Assembly: GCA_000165425.1 (NCBI GenBank)
Contig: CT868307.1
Location: forward strand, 124,001 to 188,000
Length of the DNA stretch: 64,000 bases
Source: Paramecium tetraurelia
Taxonomy: Eukaryota
Direction: 5' to 3'
Positions 25,962 to 40,072 of the stretch are shown here, in pieces. Below the pieces are notes generated by a model. The model was given only the letters and a program-made list of their open reading frames with translations. It had not been told where the DNA came from and searched no databases. The translations under genes and the position numbers were made by a program. Positions within the stretch are counted from its first letter, which is position 1. Every line of letters begins with the position of its first letter.

Positions 25962-27597
25962 ATGATTGATTTAATTGAATAATATAGAACAGAAGATATT
26001 CAGCGGTTGTCATAATTGTTTAGTAAGCCAATCACTTAAAGACTGATGGAAGATTATTATAAACAGAATGAAAAAGCCATTGAATTTTATTAAGAGTAAA
26101 ATAGGTTGTATGTAAAAATTGAAGGAATGCAAGAATGTGGAGTTCAACCAAAGGAATTGATTGAGTTATAAATGAGGAATGAAGAGTTGGAAAGATAAAA
26201 TAGAGATTTATACACAGAAGTCTAAGAAACATCTAAGTAATTAAGGCACTTGAAAGAATAGAGCGAATTATAATAATAATGCATAAAGAATCTAGAGGGG
26301 GAAAAATTGGAATCATAAAATAAGATTTAAAAACTTGAAGACATTCTAGAGCAAAAGAATAAAGATATAAGAGAAATTGTTGAGAGTAGAGATAAATTAC
26401 TTGTAGATATCGAATAATTAACAATTGTGAGAAGTTAATTAGAAGAGATGATGTTGAGAGAGAAAATGAAGATCCTAGAATAATTGAATGAAATAAATGA
26501 ATTGAATGAAAGTGTATAAAGATAAAAAAGAGTATTAGAACAGGATCAGGATAGATTTAACAAATAATACAAAGATATTTAGACTTAAGGTAAATTTTAA
26601 ACTTTAGCTCCTTTGGCAACAGAATAATAATTAGCAAAGAATGCATTCTTAGATGATATACCTTAAATGGTAGTCAGAAGGTTGAATAAGTTCCACAATG
26701 TAGAAATTTATGCTATTGCTTAAAATTTAAATGGAACTTTGATTGCTACTTGTGGAGGAGATAGAACAATTAGATTATACGATCCCTTTAATTTAACTTA
26801 GGTTTCATAATATTAGACATCTTCTGATGAAGTTTTTACAAGTGTAGAGTTCTCTCCATCTTAAGATTGTATTTTGGTATCTTCAACAGATAATTCCTGT
26901 TAATTATTTTATTTGTAATAGTGGAAATAGAAGATGAGAGGAAGTGGACATGTGGATTAGGTCACTTGCTCAACATTTTTGGGTGGAGACAAAGATTCCT
27001 GTGTTTCAGGATCTAAAGACAGATAAATAAAATTATGGAATATTAATAATTCATTTTGTACAAGAACTCTGTCAACTGGAAGTCAAGTGTTATCAATCAT
27101 TAGTGAACATAATGTACCTGTTATTATTTCAGGACACAGGGATGGATCTATCAGAGGATATTCATTAAAAAGTGATCCAAAGCCAATTTTTTAAGAGAAA
27201 TCCTTTTTTGATGATTCGGTCACTTCTTTGTGCATATCGCAAGATAATCATACATTGTTATGTTGTTCGAAGGAAGGTTACTATATTAAGTCTTATGATT
27301 TGAGAATGAATAAATTATTGAAGACTTATGAACATGATAAGTACATGAATAGTCATGATCATAACATGATCACATTTGGACCAGATGAGAAATATATTAT
27401 TGCTGGAAATTGTAATCACATTAATTTTATATAACATAGCTGATAGCAGTCTGATTTCTTGGAATATTAATGGTAGATTTCACAAGTAGTTAACAAAGGG
27501 TTAACATGAAGGAGTTGTTCTAAGTGTATCATTTCATCCTGTTTCTGGATAAATGTATTCTGCAGATACTCGTGGGAACTTAGTAATTTGGAAATGA
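25962..27597 (+). CDS. ATG16: ATG16-like protein (coiled coil + seven WD40 repeats)
   Basis: N-terminal coiled coil followed by WD repeats IATCGGDRTIRLYD, GHVDQV..VSGSKDRQIKLWN, IISGHRDGSIR, SYDLR, YIIAG; architecture as in ATG16L1. Confidence 0.7.
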
Positions 27598-27650
27598 TAA
27601 TATATGTTGTTATGTATGTCATTTTAAATATTTAATTATATATATAATTG

Positions 27651-28338
27651 TCAAATTTTCACCTTCTTATTGATCGAGTCTCCAGCAATCCACGTTTGTA
27701 TTTACTTTTAACATTTAAGAAATGCTTCGTATTCAATGTAGTCTACTATGATTTAATATTTTTCTCCTTCTATTTCAACGAATGCATTTGGAGATGTATT
27801 CTAAATCATATGCACTATCAGTCCAATTTGTTCAGGTGCCAATTGTTTGAGATTATTCGAAAATTCAACTTTATCATTGTAACTCACTTAATCTTAAGGT
27901 TCCTCCTAGAATACATCTGCTCCTGCATCTTTATATTTAGGCACCAATTGTGGCAGATTCACAAGAGGTAAATAGTTTCTAACATTTTTCTTAAACAATC
28001 TCTCTAATTTCTCTGCCAACTTAGTAATCCACTTTATTATTTGTAATAATATATACGCTCTATGAACCATTATACAATTTGCAATTATCCCAAATTAATT
28101 GGATATCATCCAAACATTCTTCCACTGTTTTGTATGTGTTGCTATTTAATTTCCTTTAAACAGTGCCAAGATCCATAGGCTTTTTAACAATAGTAATATA
28201 GTCATGTAAATTTAATGCTTTGTAATCTACAGGTTGTCTGAATTCCACACTGTCATTTGAGTCTAGTAATTATTGAACTATTTAATTTAAACGCCTTTAT
28301 TCTTCTTTATTGAGTGGTGTTTGTGTTGTTTTCATCAT
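27651..28338 (-). CDS. single bromodomain + ET-like domain protein
   Basis: FRQPVDYKALNLHDYITIVKKPMDLGTV...IWDNCKLYN, then VSYNDKVEFSNNLKQLAPEQIGLIVHMI (ET); one intron. Confidence 0.9.
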
Positions 28339-29311
28339 AAATAATTTAATATATACTTAATTTTAAGAGGGAAAATAGAATTGCTTCATAATTTAGAAAT
28401 GATCATTTTTAATATTACTACATATATTAGAACTCATAAGTTAGGACTTTCTAATGGTTATCTAATTTTATCTGCTTATACAGTCAACCAAAATTATGTT
28501 ATAATTTATATCTGGGTATAAAAAATATTTGAATGATTAACTATTATCACTTTTGCTCAGAGTCTTTTCTGTGTCAGCGAATTATGTTGTATGAATACTT
28601 TCTAAGTCAAATATTCATATAATCTTAAACTAATATGTCTTTAAACATAGATTTCCTTTTAAAATTATGGAATTATTATATATGCTTTAAAGTATGTTAT
28701 TCAAAAGATTGTAAAATTGTTTGGATCTATTTTCATCTCAATGCAAAATTCAATTAGATTATCATGAAACTAAAATTTCTAACAAGTTCTAAATATTGAT
28801 TATCAATCTTAAAACTAGTACTTTTTTTTATATACTAACCCCTAATTTGAGAAATATTGAGAATTACTCTCATACGAATTGGAATAACCTAAATCGTATT
28901 TGATAATTGAATTTCCAAATCAACATCATACTTTGCATCAAAAAATGGTGATTTAAAGAAAAGTCTTCTAAATCTGTTTAATGGATTATTATCTTATTAT
29001 CTACCTGAAAAATTACTCATGTCACACTTTATTGTGGGATTAGCACCTTTTGATGTAATTTATTTCTGATGCATTTAATGTATCACACAATAATTTGTTA
29101 TTGAAAATGTATCCATCTCTTATCCATTTTAGGATATAAATGAATAGAATTAATTCTATTTTACTTTTAAGATTGCTTATAGCCCATAATTTTGGAGAGG
29201 GATTCATAGTGTTATCGAATAAATATTTAAGTTTAATTTAATTAAAATTTATTCTAATTATTGAAAAGGAGTGTGAACAATATAATAATTATAAGAAAAT
29301 TTATTATTGTA

Positions 29312-30153
29312 ATGTATTATTACAATTAAAGAATACCAGTTCCGTTACAGAGAATAGAATTCAAACACATTCTTTCAGGTTTACAGAAGCATTCACAAAG
29401 CTAGGATGAAATAAATTAGAAGCCTTTAGCAACTAGAAAGTATTGATCAATAAGCATATAAGAAGAAACATAAAAAAACCTGAAGTAAAATTCTTATAGG
29501 ACTTATAAAGAAATGAGAAACAGGATCAACTAGCATTATAAACGACGGACATAATGTGGGATGATCGAATTATATAGAAATTGGAGAAATTAAAAAAGCA
29601 ACCTAATGAATTCTTTGAAAAGGTTCCGAAAGATCCTATTACCTTAATGAATTCATCTAAAATAAATAAATTCTTTGAAATAAGAATATTGGCATAATCA
29701 AAAGAAGATGTTTCAAAAGCTTCAAGAGAATCTTAAAGATAATTAAATCAAATTTAAGAGGTGGCAGTTAAGGAGCTATTGAATAAGTATCCCCATTAAT
29801 TTAACTTTACGTCATCAGCAGATGCAAGAAAGAAAAAGGAGGTGTTGGACACAAAGGATAAATATATGAAATTATTCTTTGTGAGAAATTGTTCGACGAG
29901 TATGAGTAAATCAAAAGCCAATAATAAACATTTACATAATAGTGATGACTAATAGAAATATATGGATAATATCGAATAAATATAGGAGAGACAGAAATTA
30001 AAAAGCAATTTGTCATTTTGCACATGGAACAAATTGCAGGAATTAGAATGTCCAGGTTACTGTTCTTTTATAAAACAACTAGCAGTTAAAAATAAATTGT
30101 AACAGAGTTGTTCTTAATAGAAAATTGACTCGTATAACTTAGTAAATGATTGA
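29312..30153 (+). CDS. hypothetical protein
   Basis: ATG 29312 MYYYNQRIPVPLQ..., intron ~29440, code-6 frame to TGA 30151. Confidence 0.55.
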
Positions 30154-30208
30154 TGGAATATATGTCAATATAATTATTTTTGTTAATTTTATAATAAATT
30201 TTATATTA

Positions 30209-32106
30209 ATGGAAGAGAAGTGCAAATTACATTAGAAAGACATCACTCATATGTACATATATTTATAAAAGAGATAGTTGCATACATCCTGATTGTTTTA
30301 AATATAAAAGATTGTGTCCCGATTGCATAGTGAATCACGAAAGCAGACATAAGAAGAATTAAATATATTAGAATAGCCAGTTCACAATAACAATATAGGA
30401 ATGTAAATAATAGGTAGAGAAGAATTTGAATACTGTGAAGGAAGAGCTTGAATTAGCAGAGAATAGGGCTGCAAATGCATTAATAACATCAGTGAATAGC
30501 AACATTGATGAAATCATCTTAGAAATAGAATCAATAAGACAATAGATTCATAAATTGTTTGACAAATACATTCAAGGATTGAGGGATAAATTTGAATATA
30601 AAGTAAAGCAGAGTATTCATGCTTTGTATGATATAATCTAAGGTTAATTGACACAGATTAGACAATTTTAGAATGATATCAATTCAATTGATACTCAAAA
30701 GAAAGTGATGTCTACAGATTTGGATTACTAAGTGTAATATCAGAAGAATAGATTGGAATCTCTTATTTATTAAAGAGCCAATCAGAAGTTCTATGGTAGA
30801 ATAGATGACGATGTGGCCTTACATTTTATTGGAGTGATTTAGAAAGAGTTAGAATAATTAGTTATATATGAGAAAAACAAGTTAAGTTCATAAATTGAGA
30901 GCCTTAATCAAATGACTATTAAGGCACAATAAACCAAATAAAAATCAATTAAGAATTTTCAAAAGTTTTTAAGTTATGCCCCTGAGAAACTAGATGAAAT
31001 GAAAAATACAATGTAGGGTCCTTAAGAATATTCATTCTATAGATCATGGTTGCATTATTTCGAGCCTGGAACCAAATTCTTATATTATTTAGATTTGAAA
31101 CAACAAAATCCACAAATCACAAAAATTGAATTAGAAATCAATTTTCTTATCACTTAAGGAAGCAGGTCTATTTTAGCTTCAGATGGTCAAATATATTATT
31201 TTTCAGGATATGATAATGGGTTTAATGAGGATGAAAATAAGACAATTTACTAATATGATCATCCATAATTAACCTTCATCAAAAAGAGTAGAATGTATAC
31301 TCTAAGAAAGAACTTTTCGTTATCTTGTACAGTTGATAAAGATATATTTATTATTGGAGGTTAAAATTATAAAGAAGGGTGTTTGGCAAAATGTGAAAAA
31401 TATAATATAAATACAAATCAAATTACATTAATTAAGTACAATTTAATAAATCATTTTAAGTCATCTAACAGAATTGTCAACATTGCATTCATCATGTACA
31501 TATAATAATAAATTGATTGTTAAGTTTGGTGGGTTGATTGCCAATACTGAAGGAGAAGACCTAAAAAAATAATGTTCAGGATTGTTAGAATTATACTTTA
31601 TAGAATAAGATTGTTGGGAGAGGGTTGAGAACACTACAAATCATACTTAATATCCACTGCATACTATCTTATCTACTTCCATATAAATACTTAATTCTAA
31701 TATGATATATATATTTGGTGGACAAATATTATAAAAATAATCATTTCAAACAGTAAATCAAGGGTTTATGATTCAGATAGAGGAAGAAGAAGAATTTGAT
31801 TAAGATTAAATAAGTATTTTAATGTATTATTCCTTTAGAATTTTAACCAAAATTATATTATTAACTGTAACATCCCATTCCACAATAAGCGCACTTTTTA
31901 ACACAACCGATTTACTATTCTAACAAAATCATGTGTCTTTTGAAGGATGGCTAAATCATTAGGTCTTGTTATGAAAAAAATAAATGGAAATCATTTTGAT
32001 AATTTGAGGTATTTATTTTATTAATAAATAATATTTAAATTGTTTTTAACATCTATACAAATTAATGAAATAAAAGATATTAACATCTAAACCTTTTGAT
32101 GTATGA
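30209..32106 (+). CDS. B-box-like Zn finger / coiled-coil / kelch-repeat protein
   Basis: CKLH...CIHPDC...LCPDCIVNH, coiled coil, kelch motifs IYLIGG..CEKY, KFGG, IYIFGG; 3' end approximate. Confidence 0.75.
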
Positions 32107-32868
32107 ATTATTACTCATTATCATAATTCAATATTAAATTTAAGACTCATAATTCCTCGATCTCTTTATTTCATCTATCTATTATTTTCAAAGAAGAATT
32201 AATCATATACGATAATTTTAAGGATGCTCATTATTGTATTTTGAAGAGAATTAAGATAAAATATAAAAAAATTGGAACATCCTTGATTTCAAAGTTGCTA
32301 ACTAAAATTATATTTTAAGATGAAAATTAATATGCACCTTTTGCAAGAAAAAGATTATTATTAAAAATAGTAAATTAAATAGAATAATTTAGAAAGTATA
32401 AAATGATTAGTTAAGCTAAATATTCATATTTATTATCTAATTTCAGCATTTATTCATGCCAATTTAATCTATTTGGGAAATATTATGAATTAGACTAAAT
32501 ATGATGAACTAAACTTGAAACAAGTCTTGTGAGAAGGAACAAATAAATAATTATCAATTATCGTATTATCAACTAAAATTAAATGATTTTAGAATATTTA
32601 AACATTAATCATTAATAATGAATTATCTTTATTATATATTTTCTATATCTGATCTAATGAAATTACTCATCTTCAAAATAGGTTTATTATTTTTGAGAAT
32701 GAAAGAGACTATGATATAAGTAACCCCTCATATTAATTTCAGTTGTCAATATTAATAGTTTGAATCCTCAGATAAGGATATTTTGAGATGTCTAATATGA
32801 TAATTTGATTCTAGCATACAGCACCCCTATTTTAATAAAAAGCTATATATTAATTAACATAAATTATA

Positions 32869-33397
32869 ATGTTGTAGATATTTGATATTAGTGGACCAAC
32901 CAAACCAAAAAATGATAATGAAAGTCTCTTTCCTTCGCTCTCATATAAGGAAAGATTAATGGGATTTGCATTCTGTTCTGTTTTAGGTAAGGAATGTAAT
33001 TTATAGATAAGGATACTTTATCTAAATATTAAGTTTTGGATCTTTTATAGGAATTTTGGGTGGAAGTCCAAATAAATTTGCACTTACTTATAGTTTAGGA
33101 AATATTTTAGCATTGTTTGGGTAATTCTGAATATTATTTATTAATAGAACAGCCTTTCTTATAGGATTCAAGAAATAATTTGAAAATATGATAGACAAAG
33201 AAAGAAAGCTAACATCTATTATCTTTGCTTCTTCTTTAGTAATGATCTTTCTTTCAGTTTATTTGTTTAAATCAAAACTTCTGGTTTTGATCTTTTTAGT
33301 GGCTGAATTCTGTTCATATACATGGTATGTGGCCAGTTACATTCCATTTGCAAGAGACTGCATCAAAGGATGTTTAAGAAACATAATAAAAGCATGA
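32869..33397 (+). CDS. SFT2: SFT2/Got1-family vesicle transport protein
   Basis: LSYKERLMGF, KFALTYSLGNIL, GFKKQFENM, YTWYVASYIPFAR; two introns. Confidence 0.9.
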
Positions 33398-33791
33398 TTT
33401 ATCATACATTTGAATTTATTGTAATACTTAATTTCATTATTCTGTAAAATGATGTATAATATATATATATTTTCTTTGCTGATAATTTATAATATTTCCA
33501 ATGATTTTAGATATGATAGGAAATTTATCAATGATATCTATTCTCAATATTAAGAATTTACTTGAAAAACCTACACTTCTATTAATTCATTATAATGAAA
33601 ATAATCAAACTATCTGAATTAATTCATAACATTGAATGCTTAGTTTAAAGTCATTCTTTTGATTATATACATTTCGAGCCATATATCTTAAATATTGTTA
33701 ATATATTGTCATTTGTAGGATCTAAATAATATATTTGTCACGTATTCTAATATATATACAGAAATAAATTTATTTTACAAAATATCATTAA

Positions 33792-34681
33792 ATGTTATTG
33801 TCAACTTCGAAGCTATCAACATCAAAACTTCAAAGATCATAATTGTCAAGTCCATAAAGATCAAACGTTAATTATTTGAGTCAAGATCTTGATTCACCAT
33901 CTAGATAAAGAATTAAACTTCTTTCTGATAAATGGAATCACATCTAGAATGGAATAGACAAGGATAAATTGGAGAAGAGGGAAGTTTTGGAGGAAAGAAT
34001 CAAAATTATTGAAGATGTTTTATCCTCTGAAAAACCAAAAGACGAGTAGAGATTCAAAGTTTTGAAGGATTCAGTCCTCAAATTATAAGATTATGCCCAT
34101 AACCAAAAGGGAGAAAGAGAAGTATTAATACACTTGTAGCCTTTAGGCTTTCGATGATAAGAAAGAGAGGGACTTTAAAACTCTATCGGACAATATAGCT
34201 TTATCATTTGATTAGGAAAGGAATATTAGAGGGTAAGGAGAAACTAAATTGCAAAAACAAATTGATGAGAGATTCACTTAGATCACATTGACAATAACTA
34301 GAAATAGCCATTAATACGAAGACAGAAGTTAAGTTAAGATTGCAGAAGTGCTTTAATAAATATAATTGGTTAAAAATTAATTGGATTAAGAGAGAAGATC
34401 TAGGTATTTAAATTAGGTTGTATATCTTTAGAGAAGAATCATCAGAGAGTTTGGGTGATCAAATTGATTAAGAAATCAATAAGTTCTCAGATCAATTGTT
34501 GATTGAGAAGAAAGTTAGAGAAGAGACTTAGGGAAAGATCTTCAGAATGATAGAAGATGTGCATGGCAAATTATAATAAGACATCAACTTTGAGAGAAGG
34601 GAAAGAGAAAGTACCACTGAGGCACTGTTGAAACTATTGGAAGATGCTTGCATCTAAATTGATAAGAATTTTAGATATTGA
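33792..34681 (+). CDS. SF-assemblin/beta-giardin-like striated (kinetodesmal) fibre protein
   Basis: S/P-rich head, then segmented coiled coil ending EKKVREETQGKIFRMIEDV...ERRERESTTEALLKLLEDAC; two introns. Confidence 0.75.
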
Positions 34682-34783
34682 TCATATGATATCAGTATTA
34701 ATATAAGATTTTATAAATTCTAATTATGTCTCTGAAATTATTATTAGATAATTAAAATGTATATATTGATAATGACCAAATAA

Positions 34784-35277
34784 TCATGCCTACTCTTATC
34801 CAACTTGGAGTTCTAGTTCTGCGATTCTTCTTTAAAGACCAAGTAGTTATTATTGGAGGGCAGTTTTTTCTCCTTTAAGAGCAGTAATTTATTATTATAA
34901 TCTAGAATTCTCTGCTTTTTAATGGGCAAAATGTCTACTTTATTAAATTAGAATACCGTTTCATTTCCTCTTCGATTCTCATTAATTCATTAGTTAATGT
35001 TTTTTTGACATCTTGGGTTTTCATACTTAAAACAGATTCAAGTGTGTCTTTCTCGGATTTTAATATCTAGACTTCTTTCTTATGGAAGTTCATCTCATCT
35101 TAAATGCCTTTTATTGTTTCCTATTATTATATATTGTATCAGTTTCATTACTTCCAAACTCATTAGTTTCCCTTTCAAGGATGCTGGATTTTGAGATCCT
35201 GCAAAACTCTATCCAGTCTATCCCATATCATTACCCTTTGAGAGTGTGTTACCAGCTTATTTAAATGTGTTGCTCAT
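34784..35277 (-). CDS. small conserved coiled-coil cytoskeletal-type protein
   Basis: KGKLMSLEETIKGIQDEMNFHKKEV...RHFAHQKAENSRLQQQITALKGEKTALQQQLLGLQRRIAELELQVG; three introns. Confidence 0.8.
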
Positions 35278-35369
35278 TTTAGAGATGTAAAATTTTAATT
35301 ATTTAAGAAAATTATATAAACTTATGAAAGAACATTATATTTTTTATATTTGATAAATATATATGGGTT

Positions 35370-36772
35370 TCAATCTGCTAAATATTATTTCTCTACTAAT
35401 TCAATCAATTATTAAGGATCGTTAGGGAATGCTTTTGAAGAATCAATAGTCTACAACAATAACAATAATTCTTATTGTTAGCGAGTACTTAATTCGGATT
35501 GTCTTTTATATTCATTAACAAAATTCTATATAAAATACTTAGTATAGTGTCTGATCTTAAAATTTTACCACAACTATTTTTTATTGAACATTTGGTAGTC
35601 CAACAAAGAATGATAAGACTTATAAACTTAAGATCCTTAATTAATACACTACTTATTTTCAGTGAAATATCTGATTTAAAGATTGAAAATTAATTCTTCT
35701 AATGTTTCATCAAGTGGTTATTTAACTTTCATTTCACTCTATTTTAGAATCAATTCAGTGATAAATTCTAACTTGGCTTCCTAAATTATGATAAGAAATA
35801 ACAATACTTATGGATATAATATTTTCAATTAATCTTTAATGAGCCTGTCTTCAAGTAATTCCTTAGCAGAGGCTCTCCTTTCTTAATTGTAATCCAACAT
35901 TCTCCTAATCAGATTTCTCATTTGCTCAGATTTGATTTTTTGAAATGGAAGTTTATATTTAGGGTCCGACATTTTCTCAATTTCTGCGTCAAACTCTGGA
36001 TCCTACTCTCGGAATTCCTTTTTCCATGGGTATTAGCTTTCTCCAAAGTAATATAAAATCATGCCCAAACTCCAAATATCACTTTTGTAATAATCAATTT
36101 CTGTCGATTGATCAACTCCTAACATTTAAGGACTCATAAAGAACTATAGTAATATCTAAATTCATTACTTCATTGCCTCCAATAGTCATAGATTGTAACA
36201 ATTGATTTTCATCTATGATTCTTGAAGATCCAAAATCAAAAATCTTATAAATATTATCAGAACTAAATAAAATGTTTGAAGGATTCAAATCTCTGTTTGT
36301 TAAAGACAATGATTCCATATAATTAAGACAATGAATCAACTGAGAACCTAAATTCAACATATTCACTAATATGATAAATAAATATGATACTTTCATCGAA
36401 GGCTTATGATGTGCGCAATAATCTTTAGAACATTATTTTTAAAGTTATTTATTCGTCATATTCTCTAAAAATATACATCTAATTGTCCTTCTCTATAATT
36501 TTGTATGTCTTGGCAATATTTTAGTGATTCACTCTAATCAGTACTTCTCTCTCCCTTTAAGCTGATATACGGTCTTCCTATTTTAGAGAATATCCAATAA
36601 CCTCTTTTTTTAGATTGTTAATTTTCACAGCACAAGGCAATTGACTCTCCGATCCATAATTTATGTATCCCAGCGAATACATATCCCCATTCTGGGTTCT
36701 AAGACTCTTAATTTACTCCCTGGTAATTGCATAACCAGGTTCAAGTACTGTTACGGGTTTCAATTCTGCCAT
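35370..36772 (-). CDS. kinase-fold protein (probable pseudokinase)
   Basis: NRDLNPSNIL, DFG, SPQ (for APE), KSDIWSLGMI; no GxGxxG and no VAIK lysine (EVIGY); three introns. Confidence 0.75.
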
Positions 36773-36829
36773 TTATTTCTTAATTAAATTATAATAGAAA
36801 TTAATATTCATATCTCTATTACTCCATCA

Positions 36830-38430
36830 ATATCTTAATTAATAGAATTATAAGATTTCAGTCAAGTATTAAGGAAGCAAATCAGGTTCTTTTGCAAAGT
36901 CTTCAAGGAGTAACTCATTGTTATTTTCATCTGCTCCAAACAATGCTCTCACTCTTGCTAAATCAATTAAAATCCTATATATTTGACCCTAAATCAATTT
37001 GAAATTTTAAGAATTATGTTCATTTATCCTTCCATTAGAATAGTATATGATCTATAGGATTTAATTATAGATTAAAATGTTGTTATTCGTAGTCTATTCA
37101 TAAAAGCCCTCTTATCCAAAGGCAAACCCCCTCAAATCCAAAGTTTACAAATATTATAAATATTTTCTTGCAAAACAAAATAAATCACTAATTAATTCCT
37201 GTTAAGTTTGCTTATTTTTTTCGAAACTCAATATCATTTTCTATATTATTTTTTAAAGTAACATATTCTTCAAATTAAATATATTCAAAAAAATGATTAT
37301 TAATGTCCTTTTTCAATTAATCGTATGTTTTTTGATTTAGATCGCAAAGATAATTGATATAACTATTAAATTCAGAGTTCAAACTATAGTATATTATTAT
37401 TAGTTCATTTGCCATATAATTAATTGTTTTTATTAGCATAATAGTATTGCTAGTTAGTTTATTCAAAAGTATGCAAATGTTTCTGAGTTTGTTCCAATAC
37501 TGAATTTTATTCCTTTTTTGTACTTAATTCATTATATTCTTGCAGACGTATGAAGTAATATTTTTATTCGCTTTATTAAGTAGAAGCTCTATTTATTTTA
37601 TTCAATTTTTTAATATTCCTAACAATCAAAAATGCTATCCTACTGGATTTAATTGACTTCAAATTATATTTCACTATAGATAGCTAGATTTTTTTTTTAA
37701 TTGCAAATCCAATATGGACTTAGTTTAACCTGACTTATTTTGGAAAAATTCATTTTAGAATCTCAGGAGCTAGTATTTATTATATGTAAATACCCATATT
37801 TAACTCAGTACCAACATATGTATTAGTGAGTTCCTCATTCATTAATTACTTAGCCAAACCAAAATCCAGTAATTTGTATTATGCATTGTAAAAGACACTT
37901 AGAGCATTATTTTAAAGCAATCTCTACTCCTCTTCTGCTATCAATTTCACTCCTATGTTGGCCAATTTAATATCTCTGTGAATGACCTTATTCTTATGTA
38001 AATGATGCAATCCATTCAAATATGATAATTACTAAATCATCAAAATACCCTTTTTAAACAGTTATTTCAACATTTTCTCGGCATCAATAAAGCAAAGCTC
38101 AAAAATAATATTGTTTTTCGGGTACCTCTATAACAAGATTCAATGTTTGTTGAACTTAAGCAACCTCAATTAATTAAATTATATTATTATTATTCTATTT
38201 CGTGAAAGCAATACTATTTCGTTTTTCATGTAGGGAATAACCTCCTTTTAAATCTTTTCTAAACCAATAATCTAGAGAAAAGTATTGTTATTACTTTGAT
38301 TGCTACAAATTCGTTATTGTTTGTTTTGCATTTAAACACTTAGGAGAATGCTCCTGCTCCTATAAATTCAGGATTTGTGTATTTATTTGGGAATACATTA
38401 TTAATGGCTTCAATCTCTTATTCTACAATT
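36830..38430 (-). pseudogene. Ser/Thr protein kinase pseudogene
   Basis: IGAGAFSQV, VAIK, HRDIKLAN, DFGLAK, APEILK, then TGA at 37750-37752; subdomain IX (DxWSxG) missing, frameshift near 38195, no clear ATG. Confidence 0.7.
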
Positions 38431-38590
38431 TATAATTATATAAAATGGGGTAAATAATATAACAATTTATTTGCTGATTGTTTAAACTTAGTTTCAAATT
38501 GATATATATTTTAAATCAGATAAATATGATGAATTCTTACATGTTTAAGTAGGTAAATATGAGGTATGATTTTCATTATAATAATACTTT

Positions 38591-40002
38591 ATGATAAGTT
38601 CCCTCTCTTTTATCAATCAGAAAGGAGAAATCCTGATCTACAGAGTTTATAAGGATGATATCAGCAGAAGTGAAATAACTTAATTTTGTGCCAAAATGAT
38701 AGCTACAAAAGAAAATAAAGAATCTCCAATAATCAACATTGATTGTATTTATGTTCTTTCAATGTTAATAGAAACATCTTTCATTCACATTTCAATCAAA
38801 GATATCATAATATTAGCAACTACAAAGACTGATGTAAATGTAGCTATGGTTCTTGAATTTTTATATCAATTGGTATTAGTTGTTGTATATGTATAAGTCA
38901 AAAATTTGTAAATCCTACTTTTAAGGCATTCTCGATGAAAACTGTATAAAAAAGAGTTTTGTCCTAATCTATGAGATTCTCGACGAAGTACTTGATTATG
39001 GGATACCACAAATTGCAGATCCAAATTTATTATAAAAAGTTAGCACCCATCATATTTTTTAGTTTATTTAAGAAGGAGGAATGTAATAAGAAGCAACTAT
39101 AAGCATAGATAAATTCAGATCACTAACAGGTACCATTACTGGTGCTGTATCATGGAGACCACCTGGACTGCATTATGACAAGAATGAATTGTATCTTGAT
39201 ATAATTGAATCTGTGAATCTATTGATTTCAGCAAAAGACACTGTATTAAGGGCTGAAGTAGTGGGATCTATCGAACTTAAAAGTAAGCTCACAGGGATGC
39301 CTGAATGTTAAATTGGAATGAACGATAAACTATTAATGGGGAAACAAGCAAGAATGACTAAATAAAATGGTGGAATCGTAATTGATGATATGAAATTTCA
39401 TCCATGTGTGGGATTACCAAAATTTGAAAAGGATAGGACAATTACATTTATCCCACCTGATGGCCATTTCTAGTTGATGTCTTATAGGATCTCAGAGAAC
39501 ATTAATATTCCATTTAAAGTGAATGTGTTCTATAGTGAAATTAGCGAAAATAAGTTGGAAATACGGTTGAAAGTAAAACTTATTATGAAGATAGATTAAA
39601 TCAATATATGATAAAAATGTCTATGGTACAAATATTGCAGTAAAAGTGCCTGTGCCTAAGAACACTGTGAATGTGGTATCTGCAACTGGATTAGGAAAAG
39701 CAAAGCATGAAATAGAAGAGTAAAGTGTAATTTGGAGAATCAAGAAATTGTAAGGAGATGTTGAAACATCGTTAAGGTATAACTAATTATGAGGATATTT
39801 TAGGTGTGAAATTAGTTTGGGTGCTACAAATAGAGATTAGACATGGAGTAAACCACCTTTGAAAATGGAATTCTAAATTCCTATGTTCACATCGAGTGGA
39901 TTTAGAGTGAGATTCTTGAAGGTGATGGAAAAAGGGGCATATAAAACAAATAAATGGATTAGATATTTAACAAGGGGAGGAGATTATTTGCACAGATTAT
40001 GA
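38591..40002 (+). CDS. AP2M1: AP-2 adaptor complex medium (mu2) subunit
   Basis: [79 protein letters not shown]; five introns. Confidence 0.88.
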
Positions 40003-40072
40003 AGATTGAATAATATTAATTAATCACATTTAATCAATAAATCTGAATAGTCGTTTTTATTATTTAAAATAA

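Noticed and set aside
25878..25962. Kinase-ATG16 gene fusion
   Set aside because: The kinase frame terminates at TGA 25876-25878, and an AT-rich spacer precedes a separate ATG
25679..26424. Hydrophobic 'membrane protein' ORFs on the minus strand (similarly 27648-27971, 44385-44744, 53046-53300, 56885-57079, 60246-60470)
   Set aside because: They are antisense shadows of real E/K/Q-rich genes on the opposite strand
28400..29210. Minus-strand hypothetical gene
   Set aside because: Long frames arise by chance when TGA is the only stop; no motif or clean exon structure found
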